Positions 1-12,007 of a stretch of 64,000 nt of DNA are shown one piece after another; positions within the stretch are counted from its first letter, which is position 1, and each line of letters begins with the position of its first letter. Origin of the DNA: Mobula hypostoma (taxonomy: Eukaryota); assembly GCF_963921235.1 (NCBI RefSeq), contig NC_086097.1, positions 207,268,001-207,332,000 on the forward strand, given 5' to 3'. The translations under genes and the position numbers were made by a program. Below the pieces are notes generated by a model that had not been told where the DNA came from, did not search any database, and saw nothing but the letters and a program-made list of their open reading frames with translations.

Positions 1-165
1 ACTATTTTGCACAGGCACTGGTTGATATCTGCAACACGCTGCAGTGGAAATGATGGAATCAGATACACTTTTTACATTTAAATGGCATTTAGACAGATAC
101 TTAGATAGATAGGACATAGAAGTTAGAGTTAGAAGGGGAAAAACAGGCTTAACGTAGATGGGTAG

Positions 166-2600
166 TGGTATGTTTGTTCTTTAACAAAAATAAACTTGCG
201 TATGTAAAAATGTTAGAACTATTTTATTTACAGATTCACAAAATGACTTCAGTTCAACCTCTCCAGAGCATGAGTGACCCATTCGCCAATGTCTCTTCCC
301 ATTCTGGGTGAACCATCCACATTGGACACTGGGAACTGAAGTTCTTTATTAGATACAGACATAATAACACATTTTTCTCTGTTAAATAAAACAAACACAA
401 TGATATATTCTCATAAACTTACAAAATGCAACAATGCTTTTCTACAAAGATATTTGTATTGACTTCAATTGTACTGAGCATATACAATCCCTTTTTCACT
501 CAACAACTCTTAATCTGTCTCTGTGGTGGCTTAATAATAACTTCTGGACTCATGTATGTTTCCACAGATGTCTTGTTTTCACTCATTGCGTTAATACCAG
601 TGCCCTTTTGAGAATTCTGATCTATGTGTACGTTTCTTTCATATCCTTCTGCCAAAATCCTATCTGTTCTTGTTCTTGCTGTGTGACCATAATTTACTCC
701 ATGTGCGTCATAATGGAGCCCTGGACTACATCCATGTGATCAGTGAGTCTTTGCACAAGTTTCAACTGAGTCTGTCTCAATTCACAGAGCACTTGTTGGC
801 TGCATATCATAAATAGCAACTTCTGTTTGTTTGTGTTAAACTGGTGCTGTTGTTCTGACCTTGGTGGTCTGTGCATTCTCTCCATCTTCCTTTTCATTTT
901 TCTGTTTCAGCATTGGAGAGGATCATGGAGATATTTTTGTTCTCTCCAGTATTGCCTTCACTTTTAACTTCACTGGGTAAATCTTGCTCTTTACTTTGAG
1001 AGTTCTGTAATCATCTACGCAAAGCAGATTTACCCAGCCACCAGTGTCAAACTTGGTTGAAATTACTGTCTCATTCACAGTCATTGGAACAGTCGATTTT
1101 GTTTGACCAGCACCAGCAGTCTGTAGAGAATTTACAAAGACTTCCTGACTTCCTCCATTTCCTGAACAACCGTGTGCACCATTCTCTTTTGGTATCCTTG
1201 AAGCAATTTGTGAAGCAATTCCTCTTCCCACAATAATTGCAGGACTTTCCGTAAGCAGGACGCTACTTTGGGATGGATTTACTGTTTGAGCTGAGCTTTT
1301 TGCTATGCTGTTGCTTTGGGAAACACTTGGTGCTCTGCCACTCTGTTTTCACAGCGTGCACTGTTGTTTCAGCTCTGCGCAGCTCCTTAGCATGCGCTCA
1401 TATGGTCTTTGCTGTCTGACATATATTCACAGCCTTTTCTAGCATTAAATCTTTGTCATGTAGCAAGCTTTCTCTAAGTTCATTATCTGGGATTCCGCAG
1501 ACTATTCTGTCTCTGACTAATGAGTGTCTCAAATCTCCAAACTCACAAGACTTACTCTGTGTGAAGCCCAGCCACGTATTGGTCAAAGTTAACACCTTGT
1601 TTCTTTTCACAGAAGAGGAGTTTATATCTCTCAAGCATGACGTTTTTACCTGGGATAAAATACTCATTTAATTTTGCCATCAGAGTGTCCAACATCAAGG
1701 TTGTCTCGTCCATTTGAAAGCTGTTACAGGTGTCCAAAGCATCTTTGTCAATTACGTGCAGAAAGATTGACACCTTCAATTTTCCATCTCCCCCCTCCGG
1801 CTCTACTCGCTACTAAGTGTATCTTGAATCACCGTTTGAAGTGCTTCCAGTTATCGGTTAAATTGCCGGCAAATTGCATAGGTGCAGGAAGACATAGATT
1901 ATCCTTTGAGGGGGTTTTAAGGCTCTCACCTCAATTTCTTGGTGAACTTCAAGACATCGTGCTCTCTTGCTGGCAGCTTCTCTCCAAGCGTCTCTTTCTT
2001 AGTTGCTCGCGATATTGAGTTACGCTTCATATTTAGACCTCACCTGACTTCTGATACCATGTTGTGTTTGTTCTTTAACAAAGACAAACTTGTGAGTGTA
2101 AAAGCGCTAGATCTATTTAGTTACAGATTTACAGAGTGGGTTCAGCTTGACCACATTTTACCCAGAACACTTCAGCCCGCCCAGAGTGTGTGTCTGTGTG
2201 TAACCCGTCCACCAATGTCATTCCAGTTCCGGGTGAACCATCCGCCTTGCACACTGGGAACTGAAGTTACTAAAACCAGAGTACGTAGCCTTAGAATAGA
2301 GGAGTGGCCTTTTAGAATGGAGATGAGGAAGAATTTCTTTAACCAGAGAGTGGTAAATCTGTGGAATTCTTTGCCAAAGGCAACTGTGGAGGCTAAATTT
2401 TTATGTATATTTAAGCAGAGATTGATAGACTCTTGACTGGTCAGGGCATGAAAGGAGATGGGGAGAAGACAGGAGACTGGGCTGGAGAGGAAAATTGGAT
2501 CAGCTGTGATGAAGTGGCGGAGCAGACTTGTTGGGCCAAATGGCCTAATTCTGTTCTTATATCTTATTGTCTTATGGTCTTTATTATGCACATACAAAAG
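166..2600 (-). mobile_element. Internally deleted, decayed Gypsy-like LTR retrotransposon
   Basis: Two ~205-bp similar LTRs (166-371 and 2060-~2600, the latter split by a CR1 fragment); PBS TGGTATCAGAAGT at 2059-2047; purine tract next to the 3' LTR; gag-like fragments (RDRIVCGIPDNELRESLL, ERYKLLFCEK) in ORFs 1398..1667 and 1552..1779. Confidence 0.8.
2270..2578 (+). mobile_element. CR1 LINE 3' fragment inserted into the LTR
   Basis: Encodes FRMEMRKNFFNQRVVNLWNSLP (CR1 ORF2 C-terminus) followed by a CR1 3'UTR and (tcttat)-type tail. Confidence 0.85.
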
Positions 2601-2669
2601 ACCCCAGCAGGTAAGGTCAGCATTCATACAGTAAGTTGAAAGACTTGTTTCCATGTTATACAACTCTGT

Positions 2670-2856
2670 GACTTCATTGGCTATATCTAAGAGGGAGTTA
2701 GATATGGCCCTTGTGGCTAAAGGGATCAGGGGGTATGGAGAGAAGGCAGGTACAGGGTTCTGAGTTGGATGATCAGCCATGATCATACTGAATGGCGGTG
2801 CAGGCTCAACGGGCCGAATGGCCTACTCCTGCACCTATTTTCTATGTTTTCTATGT
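2670..2856 (+). mobile_element. CR1 LINE 3' end fragment
   Basis: CR1-type 3'UTR (gggccgaatggcctactcctgcacc) ending in a tttctatg repeat tail. Confidence 0.75.
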
Positions 2857-3157
2857 GAAAATCTCCCCAGGCTCCAAAAGATGCACTGCCAGAAAATGAA
2901 GTGACATGTGACACTGTATCTGATACACACAGCCTATGGTTCAGATCCTGGGACATCATGAGTGAGAGCGGCAGTCTCCGTTGGTTGCGTGTCACTGACA
3001 ACATTGTCTGATATTATATTGCTGTAGGCGAAGTCCAATCCATTTCTGCAGAGGAGGATGATACAATAGTTTTTCCCTAGAATATTCAAGAAATTATTAA
3101 GATGGATAACGTAAAGGTAAAGACAGTGGATAATGCATTACTGATGTAATATCTAGC

Positions 3158-3772
3158 TGTCCAGAGAAAGCAGGATCTCCCAGTAGCCACACATTTTAAT
3201 TCCATGTCCCATTTCCATTCTGATATGTCTATCCACAGCCTCCTCTACCATCAAGGTGAAGCCACACTCAGGTTGGAGGAAAAACACCTTATATTCTGTC
3301 TGGGTAGCCTCCAACCTAATGGCATGAACATTGACCTCTCTAACTTCTGTTAATGTCCCACCTCCCCTTCGTACCCCATCCCTTATTTATTTATTATTAT
3401 AATTTTTTTTTTCTTTCCTCTTTTTTTTCTCTCTTTTTTCTCCCTCTGTCCCTCTCACTATACCTCCTTGCCCTTCCTCTGGGCTTTCCCCCCCTCCCCC
3501 TTTCTTTCTCCCTAGGCTTCCCGTCCCATGATCCTCTCCCTTCTCCAGCCTCGTATCCCTTTTGCCAATCAACTTTCCAGCTCTTGGCTCCATCCCTCCC
3601 CCTCCTGTCTTCTCCTATCATTTTAGATCTCCCGCTCCCCCTCTCACTTTCAAATCTCTTACTATCTCTTCTTTCAGTTAGTCCTGACGAAGGGTCTTGG
3701 CCCGAAACGTCGACTGTACCTCTTCCTATAGATGCTACCTGGCCTGCTGCGTTCACCAGCATTGTGTGTGTG
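3158..3772 (+). mobile_element. Penelope-like element family 1: GIY-YIG C-terminal fragment plus terminal repeat (pLTR)
   Basis: Same sequence as the 3' ends of the 12008-13760 and 46070-47764 copies; contains a hammerhead motif. Confidence 0.85.
3680..3715 (+). ncRNA. Minimal type I hammerhead ribozyme motif, intact core
   Basis: AGUC-CUGACGA-A-GGGUCUUGGCCC-GAAA-CG-UC-GACU: stem I AGUC/GACU, stem II GGGU/GCCC, loopless palindromic stem III, predicted cleavage after GUC. Confidence 0.75.
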
Positions 3773-4695
3773 GATTACTGAGCTCCTTTTTCCTAATGCC
3801 TCAAGTACAGGAAATATTGCTCTTGGCTCCTCTCCTCCAGCTCCTTGTGGTGTGGCTCACAATTTATACACCCATTTTGTGATCAACAGATAGGAGGTAT
3901 CAACCTTCAAAATGTTCAGGACACTCTAACATTGTTGCAGTTCAAAGTTTCTACATGCTTCACTCCAACAAGCTCAAAGGATCATGTTACGTGACAGATG
4001 TGAAGGAATGACTTTGCTACATGGACCTGGTTGCCTGTTGTGACTGGGACCATCTGTTGGCAGCATATTAGCTTCACAAGGTGCAGCTAGGCAGCTAACA
4101 TTAAACATGTACTTTATAATAAGTAATGCAATCACCATGAGCTCCGAGTGCTCCAGGCATATGCATGTGTTGCACATGCAGAAGTACTATCTTAGTCTGT
4201 TATAAATTACAGATAAAGTTTATACCAGGGGCACAACTGAAGTTCTCCAGTCATGAATCAGTGATGTCACAATGCTATTACTAAATTGTTCTAGTTTCAT
4301 GGGGTTGTAAATATTTGCCACTTCTTCACTTCAAATTCTACTACTAAATATAATTTTTAAAATAAATTAACTCAATAAGCCAAATGTTGAGACTTTATAA
4401 GGCACGGTTGAGGTCTCACTTGAAGTATTGGGGAACTCCCTCTTTGCTCAATGAAGAAATGGGACAGAGTTGATAGTTGCACTACTGGCTACAGAAGCTC
4501 TCAAAGAGGTATTGAATCAGATTTCTGAATGGACAGTGAACCAATTCATAAACACTACCTCACTATTTTTGTTTACTTTTTTAATTACATTTAATTTAAT
4601 GTTAATATATTGCATATGTTTATTATTGCAGTTTATAGTTTTTTTGAATGTATTGCACTGTACTGCTGCTGTAAAACAGCAAATTTTACAACATA

Positions 4696-6518
4696 CTCTT
4701 AGTGGCCAGTATATTAGGTACACTTATACTCCTGCAAATCATAGTCATAGTCATAGTCATAGTCATACTTTATTGATTCCGGGGGAAATTGGTTTTCGTT
4801 ACAGTTGCACCATAAATAGTAATAAAACCATAAATAGTTAAATAGTAATATGTAACTTATGCCAGGAAATAAGTCCAGGACCAGCCTATTGGCTTAGGGT
4901 GTCTGAACCTCCAAGGGAGGAGTTGTAAAGTTTGATGGCCACAGGCAGGAATGACTTCCTATGACGCTCTGTTTTGCATCTTGGTGGAATGAGTCTCTGG
5001 CTGAATGTACTCCTGTGCCCAACCAGTACATTATGTAGTGGATGGGAGACATTGTCCAAGATGGCATGCAACTTGGACAGCATCCTCTTTTCAGACACCA
5101 CCGTCAGAGAGTCCAGTTCCATCCCCACAACATCACTGGCCTTACGAATGAGTTTGTTGATTCTGTTGGTATCTGCTACCCTCAGCCTGCTGCCCCAGCA
5201 CACAACAGCAAACATGATAGCACTGGCCACCACAGACTCGTAGAACATCCTCAGCATCGTCCGGCAGATGTTGAAGGACCTCAGTTTCCTCAGGAAATAG
5301 AGACAGCTCTGACCCTTCTTGTAGACAGCCTCAGTGTTCTTAGACCAGTCCAGTTTATTGTCAATTCGTATCCCCAGGTACTTGTAATCCTCCACCATGT
5401 CCACACTGACCCCCTGGATGGAAACAGGGGTCACCGGTGCCTTAGCTCTCCTCAGGTCTACCACCAGCTCCTTAGTCTTTTTCACATTAAGCAGCAGATA
5501 ATTCTGCTCACACGATGTGACAAAGTTTCCTACCATAGCCCTGTACTCAGCCTCATCTCCCTTGCTGATGCATCCAACTATGGCAGAGTCATCAGAAAAC
5601 TTCTGAAGATGACAAGACTCTGTGCAGTAGTTGAAGTCCGAGCTGTAAATGGTGAAGAGAAAGGGAGACAAGACAGTCCCCTGGAGCCCCAGTGCTGCTG
5701 ATCACTCTGTCGGACACACAGTGTTGCAAGCACACGTACTGTGGTCTGCCAGTCAGGTAATCAAGAATCCATGACGCCAGGAAAGCATCCACTTGCATCG
5801 CTGTCAGCTTCTCCCCCAGCAGAGCAGGGTGGATGGTGTTGAATGCACTGGAGAAGTCAAAAAACATGACCCTCACAGTGCTCGCTGGCTTGTCCAGGTG
5901 GGCATAGACACGGTTCAGCCGGTAGACGATGGCATCCTCAACTCCTAGTCGGGGCTGGTAGGCGAACTGGAGGGGATCTAAGTGTGGCCTGACCATAGGC
6001 CGGAGCAGCACCAGAACAAGTCTTTCCAGGGTCTTCATGATTTCTAATCAGCCAGTCATGTGGTAGCAACTCAGTGCATAAAGGCATGCAGATATGGTCA
6101 AAAGGTTCAGTTGTTGTTCAGACCAAACATCAGAACGGGGAAGAAATGTGAGCTCAGTGACTTTGACATTGAATGGTTGCTGGTGCAAGTTGGAATGGTT
6201 TGAATATTTCAGAAACTGCTAATCTCCTGTGATTTTCATGAACGGCAGTCTCTAGAGTTTACAGAGAATAGTGCAAAAAACAAACAAGAAATGCAGTGAG
6301 CACTAGTTCAATTGGCGAAAATACATTGTTGATGAGAAAGCTGAAGCTGACAGGAAGGTGACAGTAACTCAAGTAGCCCATGTGTCGCAACATGACATGC
6401 AGAAGAACTTCACTGAACGCACAACATGTCGAACCTCGAAGTGGATGGACTACAGATGCAGAAGACCATGAGCATACACTCAGTGGCGACATCGTTAGGT
6501 ACAGGGGGCCAGTGAGTG
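4696..6518. mobile_element. Non-autonomous Tc1-like DNA element split by a Rex1/Babar insertion
   Basis: TA-flanked ends CTCTTAGTGGCC...GGCCAGTGAGTG; 6045-6518 is homologous (inverted) to 28152-28699. Confidence 0.7.
4739..6040 (-). mobile_element. 5'-truncated Rex1/Babar-like non-LTR retrotransposon, young (one frameshift)
   Basis: ORFs 5592..6038 and 4886..5671: RT motifs QFAY, FFDFSSAFNTI, GAP, KFSDD, YKYLG and C-terminal LYFLRKLRSF; AATAAA then (GACTAT)n tail at 4739-4766. Confidence 0.88.
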
Positions 6519-6989
6519 TACGTCACAGATATGAAACCAGGTTCTGATTTCCTTCAGTCAAGAGTGGAGGAATCAAGCACTGTTATATACTGCTGAAAGA
6601 GGAGCACAAATTGAGGCTATTTGCTGGTCCATTCACTTTGTGCAGAATAATTTACTCAAGGGTTGTTATGCTCTGAGCTCAGTCAAAATATGGAAAGCCA
6701 CCCTGCTTGGCCCAGTGTTTCCTGGAGTCCAGCAGCATGGACTGAATCACGGTCAAGTTTCCGTCAGTACAGTGAAGAGAGCCTGTCTTCAAAACCCCCC
6801 TGGCAGCCCATGACAGTGAACAGATTTCCACTTCACTTCACAGAATATCGAAGTTTGATTTTTAACAGCTTTTAAATGTCTCCAGGGGAGGCCTTGGTTA
6901 AGAGAAAAAAAAAAGAGATGCAAGGCAATTATAGGGAGCTAGGAACAAATGAAGTATAATGAACGCAAGAACTTCATGATCCCTGTACA

Positions 6990-7595
6990 GATTACAGGGG
7001 AAGAGTTCTTTGATATCCTGAGACAAATCAGGGTCTGACCAAGTGTTCCTTCAGACCCTATGGGCGGGAAGTGCAGAAATTGCCAGGGGCCTAGCAGAGA
7101 TATTTAAATCATCCTTAGTGACAGGGGAGGTACCAGAGAGAGGTTGCAGAGGATTGGAGGATAGCCAATGTTATTCCGCTATTTAAGAAAGGTTCTATAC
7201 AGAAACCAGGAAATTATAGGCCAGTGAGTCTGACATCAATTGTGGGGAAGTTATTGGAAGGTGTTCTAAGGGACGGGATATATAACTATTTGGATAGACA
7301 TGGACTGATAACGGAGAGTCAGCTTGGTTTTGTGTGTGGTAGGACATGTCTCACAAGTCTTGAGGAAGTTACCAGGAGAGTCCTTGGCAATGCATGTGAC
7401 AAGGTCCCACATGGGAGGTTGGTCAAGGTCCAATCACTTGGCATTAAAGATGATGTATTGTATTGGATTAGAGAGGCCAGAGAGTGGTAGTAGGTGGGTG
7501 CCTTTCTTTCTGGAGGCCCGTGACTAGTGGTGTACTGCAGGGGTTAGTGCTGAGTCTGTTGTTTTCCATCTCTATCAACACTGGATGATAATGTG
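6990..7595 (+). mobile_element. Decayed CR1 RT fragment
   Basis: PGNYRPVSLTSIVGKLLE...DKVPHGRL motifs (ORF 7224..7490 region). Confidence 0.8.
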
Positions 7596-7597
7596 CT

Positions 7598-7766
7598 CCC
7601 TCCAACCCTTCAAGCCATGCCTCTCCAGCAACCCCTGACAACCACAGTTAGCCCTAATCTAATCACAGCACAATTTACAATGACAAATTAACCAACCTGG
7701 TACGTGGACTGTAGGAGGAAACCTGTGGGAGCTCCTGGAAAAAAGCCACACATTTCACAGGGAGGA
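7598..7766 (-). mobile_element. Body/3' part of a tRNA-derived SINE, split from its head by the CR1 insertion
   Basis: SINE-like body resembling fish V-SINE-type sequence (recalled); continues at 10679. Confidence 0.55.
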
Positions 7767-8327
7767 CATAGAACATGGAGCATAGAATAGTACAGCACAG
7801 TACAGGTCCTTCAGCCCACAATGTTGTGCCAACCCTCAAACCCTGCCTCCCATATAACCCCCCCACCTTAAGTTCCTCCATATACCTGTCTAGTAGTCTC
7901 TTAAACTTCACGAGTGTATCTGCCTCCACCACTGACTCAGGCAGTGCATTCCACGCACCAACCACTCTCTGAGTGAAAAACCTTCCTCTAATATCCCCCT
8001 TGAAATTCCTACCCCTTACCTTAAAGCCATGTCCTCTTGCGTTGAGCAGTAGTGCCCTGGGGAAGAGGCACTGGCTGTCCACACTATCTATTCCGCTTAA
8101 TATCTTGTAAACCTCTATCATGTCTCGTCTCATTCTCCTTCTCTCCACAGAGTAAAGCCCTAGCTTCCTTAATCTCTGATCATAATGCGTACTCTCTAAA
8201 CCAGGCAGCATTCTGGTAAATCTCCTTTGTACCATTTCCAATGCTTCCACATCCTTCCTATAGTGAGGCGACCAGAACTGGACACAGTACTCCAAGTGTG
8301 GCCTAACCAGAGTTTTATAGAGCTGCA

Positions 8328-8616
8328 CACATAAAAGTTGCTGGTGAACGCAGCAGGCCAGGCAGCATCTCTAGGAAGAGGTGCAGTCGACGTTTCGGGC
8401 CGAGACCCTTCATCAGGACTAACTGAAGGAAGAGTGAGTAAGGGATTTTGCAAAATCTCACTCTCACTCTTCCTTCAGTTAGTCTTGACGAAGGGTCTCG
8501 GCCTGAAACGTCGACTGCACCTCTTCCTAGAGATGCTGCCTGGCCTGCTGCGTTCATCAGCAACTTCTATGTGTGTTGCTTGAATCTCCAGCATCTGCAG
8601 AATTCCTGTCGTTTGC
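8328..8616. mobile_element. Fold-back pair of PLE family 1 terminal repeats
   Basis: Inverted arms each with a hammerhead motif; 16-bp TSD gttttatagagctgca at 8312-8327 and 8617-8632. Confidence 0.9.
8385..8420 (-). ncRNA. Minimal hammerhead ribozyme motif, intact core
   Basis: Reverse complement reads AGUC-CUGAUGA-A-GGGUCUCGGCCC-GAAA-CG-UC-GACU. Confidence 0.75.
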
Positions 8617-10678
8617 GTTTTATAGAGCTGCATCATTACCCCACGACTCTTAAACTCTATCCCTCGACTTATGAAAGCTAACACTCCATAAGCTTTCTTA
8701 ACTACCCTATCTACCTGTGAGGCAACTTTCAGAGATCTGTAGGCATGTACCCCAGACCCTCTGCTCCTCCACACTACCAAGTATCCTGCCATTTACTTTG
8801 CACTCTGCCTTGAAACTTGTCCTTCCAAAGTGTACACTTTGTACAAAGTCCACACTTCTCTGAGTTGAACTCCATCTGCCACTTCTCAGCCCACTTCTGC
8901 ATCCTATCAATGTCCCTGCAATCTTCGACAATCCTCGACACTATCCACAACACCACTAACCTTTAAGTCATCTGCAAACTTGCCAACCCACCCTTCTACC
9001 CCCACATCCAGGTCTTTAATAAAAATCATGAAAAGTAGAGGTCTCAGAACCGATCCTTGTGGGACACCACTAGTCACAACCCTCCAATCCAAATGTACTC
9101 CCTCCACCACGAACCTCTGCTTTCTGCAGGCAAGCCAATTCTGAATCCACCTGGCCAAATTTCCCTGGATCCCATGCGTTCTGACTTTCTGAATAAGCCT
9201 ACCATGTGGAACCTTGTCAAATGCCTTACTAAAATCCATGTAGATCACATCCACTGCACTACCCTCATCTATATGCCTGGTCACCTCCTCAAAGAAGTCT
9301 ATCAGGCTTGTTAGACATGATCTGCCTTTCACAAAGCCATGCTGACTGTCCCTGATCAGACCATGATTCTCTAAATGCCCAGAGATCCTATCTCTAAGAA
9401 TCTTTTCCAACAGCTTTCCCACCACAGACGTAAGGCTCACTGGTCTATAATTACCTGGACTACCCCTACTATCATTTTTGAACAAGGGGACAACATTTGC
9501 CTCCCTCCGATCCTCCGGTACCATTCCCTTGAACAACGAAGACATAAAGATCCTAGCCAGACGCTCAGCAACCTCTTCCCTCACCTTGTGGAGCAGCCTG
9601 AGGAATATTCCGTCAGGCCCCGGGGACTTATCCATCCTAATGTAGTTTAACAACTCCAACACCGCCTTTCCTTTAATATCAACATGCTCCAGAACATCAA
9701 CCTCACTCATATTGTCCTCACCATCATCAAGTTCCCTCTCATTGGTGAATACCGAAAAGAAGTATTCATTGAGGACCTCGCTCACTTCCACAGCCTCCAG
9801 GCACATCTTCCCACCTTTATCTCTAATCGGTCCTACCTTCACTCCTGTTATCCTTTTGTTCTTCACATAATTGAAGAATGTCTTGGGGTTTTCCTTTACC
9901 CTACTCACCAAGGCCTTCTCATGCCCCCTTCTTGCTCTCTTCAGCCCCTTCTTAAGCTCCTTTCTCGCTACCCTATATTCCTCAATAGACCCATCTGATC
10001 CTTGCTTCCTAAACCTCATGTATGCTGCCTTCTTCCACCCAACTAGATTTTCCACCTCACCAGTCACCCATGGTTCCTTCAGCCTACCATTCTTTATCTT
10101 CCTCACCAGGACAAATTTATCCCTAACATCCTGTAAGAGATCTCTAAACATCAACCACATGTCCATAGTACATTTCCCTGCAAAAACAACATCCCAATTC
10201 ACACCCGCAAGTTCTAGCCTCATAGCCTTTTAATTTGCCCTTCCCCAATTAAACATTTTCCTGTCCTCTCTGATTCTATCCTTTTCCATGATAATACTAA
10301 AGGCCAGGGAGCGGTAGTCACTGTCCCCCAGATGCTCATCCACTGAGAGATCTGTGACCTGACCCGGTTCATTACCTAGTACTAGATCTACTATGGCATT
10401 CCCCCTAGTAGGCCTATCAACATAATGTAACAGGAATCCGTCCTGGATACAATTAACTAACTGTCCCATCTAAAACATTGGAATTAATCAGGTGCCAATC
10501 AATATTAGGGAAGTTAAAGTCACCCATGATAACAACCCTGTTATTTTTGCACCTTTCCAAAATCTGCCTCCCAATCTGCTCCTCTGTATCTCTGCTGCCT
10601 TCAGGGGCCCTATAAAATACTCCCAATAGAGTAACTGCTCCCTTCCTGTTCCTGACTTCCACCCATACTGACTCGAAT

Positions 10679-10763
10679 GACAGATGACACTGGAAGGAAT
10701 TGAACTCCAAGCTCTGATGCCCTGTGCTATAATACAGTTGCTCTAACCACTACACTAAAATGG
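10679..10763 (-). mobile_element. tRNA-like SINE head
   Basis: Minus strand: A-box-like TAGTGTAGTGGTTAG and B-box-like GAGTTCAATTCC. Confidence 0.6.
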
Positions 10764-12007
10764 CACCCAGTCAAATGTTAGTGGCATTTCAAAATACAGG
10801 TTCTGGCAATGCAGAGGGAGGAAATGAGTTTTCAAAAGAAGTTATTTTCACAAATTGCAACTGTTGTGCAGATGATATAAAACATGCATTCTGTCTCACT
10901 CAAGTTGGACAGTCGGCTGTATTAAGCAATGTCACTGCTAAAGTATATCCACTGTACACCTTATGTACAGTTGACCTTAATGTGCCAACTGTTTGATACT
11001 ATTTCCTTATTACTTCAGTATTCTGAGGTTGATGATAACTTTCAAAGCAATTCGTATCCAGTGTTTAGTCAATTTTTTCAAGTTTTGATAATGCTAAGTG
11101 CATTCTGATTGCCACATGCACTCAGGGACTTGGGCTATACTATTTTTTTTGTGTGTGACTGTATGTTACTGCTAACCTATGTGTGCTCTATGTGCCTTGC
11201 GCTGTGTGTGATTGTTGGTAATGTGTTTTGCAACTTGGCCCTGGAGGAACACTGTTTTGTTTGGCTGTGTTCATGTGTGGTTGAATGACAAACTTGAACT
11301 TGCACTTGAATACCACACTCAAGGATATGTAACAAATTAACAGTAAAATACTGGACAAATGAGAGAATCCAGCAGAGTCCAAGTCCCTGAGACTTACCAG
11401 CCAAGCTCTGATCCACTTTTTGGAAAAATGCCCAGATATGTGCAATTCATAAAAAAGCAGAGCAAATCTGATCTAATCATTAATGCACAATCTGTCTACT
11501 TTCAATCATAAATCAATGAAAAATGTCATCAACAATACTAAGAAGCAACGCCTGTCCACTGATACTGAGCTTGTGTTTTGCAGGGACCAAGCCCAAACCT
11601 CATCCTGGCCTTAATCCAAAGGTGTGCAAATAGACAACAGGACAGCAAATGAATGTGTTTGTGCCTTCCAGGAACCATGGAAAAATTAAAGTTGAAAGAC
11701 CATCAAGACGAAACACACCAGCATTTTGAATCAGATGCTGAACACAGAATGATGGTTGTAATTGTCACAGGCCAATTATTCCAGTCCTAGGCACCAACAG
11801 CAATTTATTCCTTTCTGTCACTTAGCCAGTAGAAACATTAGTGTTTACCTTGCCTCATCAAATAAACACCAAAGGATCAGAGATTAAGTGAACTTTCAGG
11901 GAAAATGGAAAAGTTTACCGATCATCATAATCTTACTGAATGGTTGGGCAGGCATAGCTTATGGTAAAATTTACTCCCACTTCTAAAACTTATGTTATGC
12001 TTTTGGG

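Larger units (their letters stand above)
7767..10678 (-). mobile_element. Young 5'-truncated CR1 LINE (partial APE endonuclease + RT), interrupted by a PLE hairpin
   Basis: ORFs 10453..10710, 10230..10469, 8907..10223 (GDFNFP, NYRPVSLTS, DFSKAFDKV, GVPQGS, FADD) and 7675..8328; (TTCTATG)-like tail. Confidence 0.95.

Noticed and set aside
8328..8616. Interpretation as a MITE/DNA transposon with TIRs
   Set aside because: Arms are unequal, TSD lengths vary among copies (12-17 bp), and the same sequence directly follows RT/GIY-YIG ORFs
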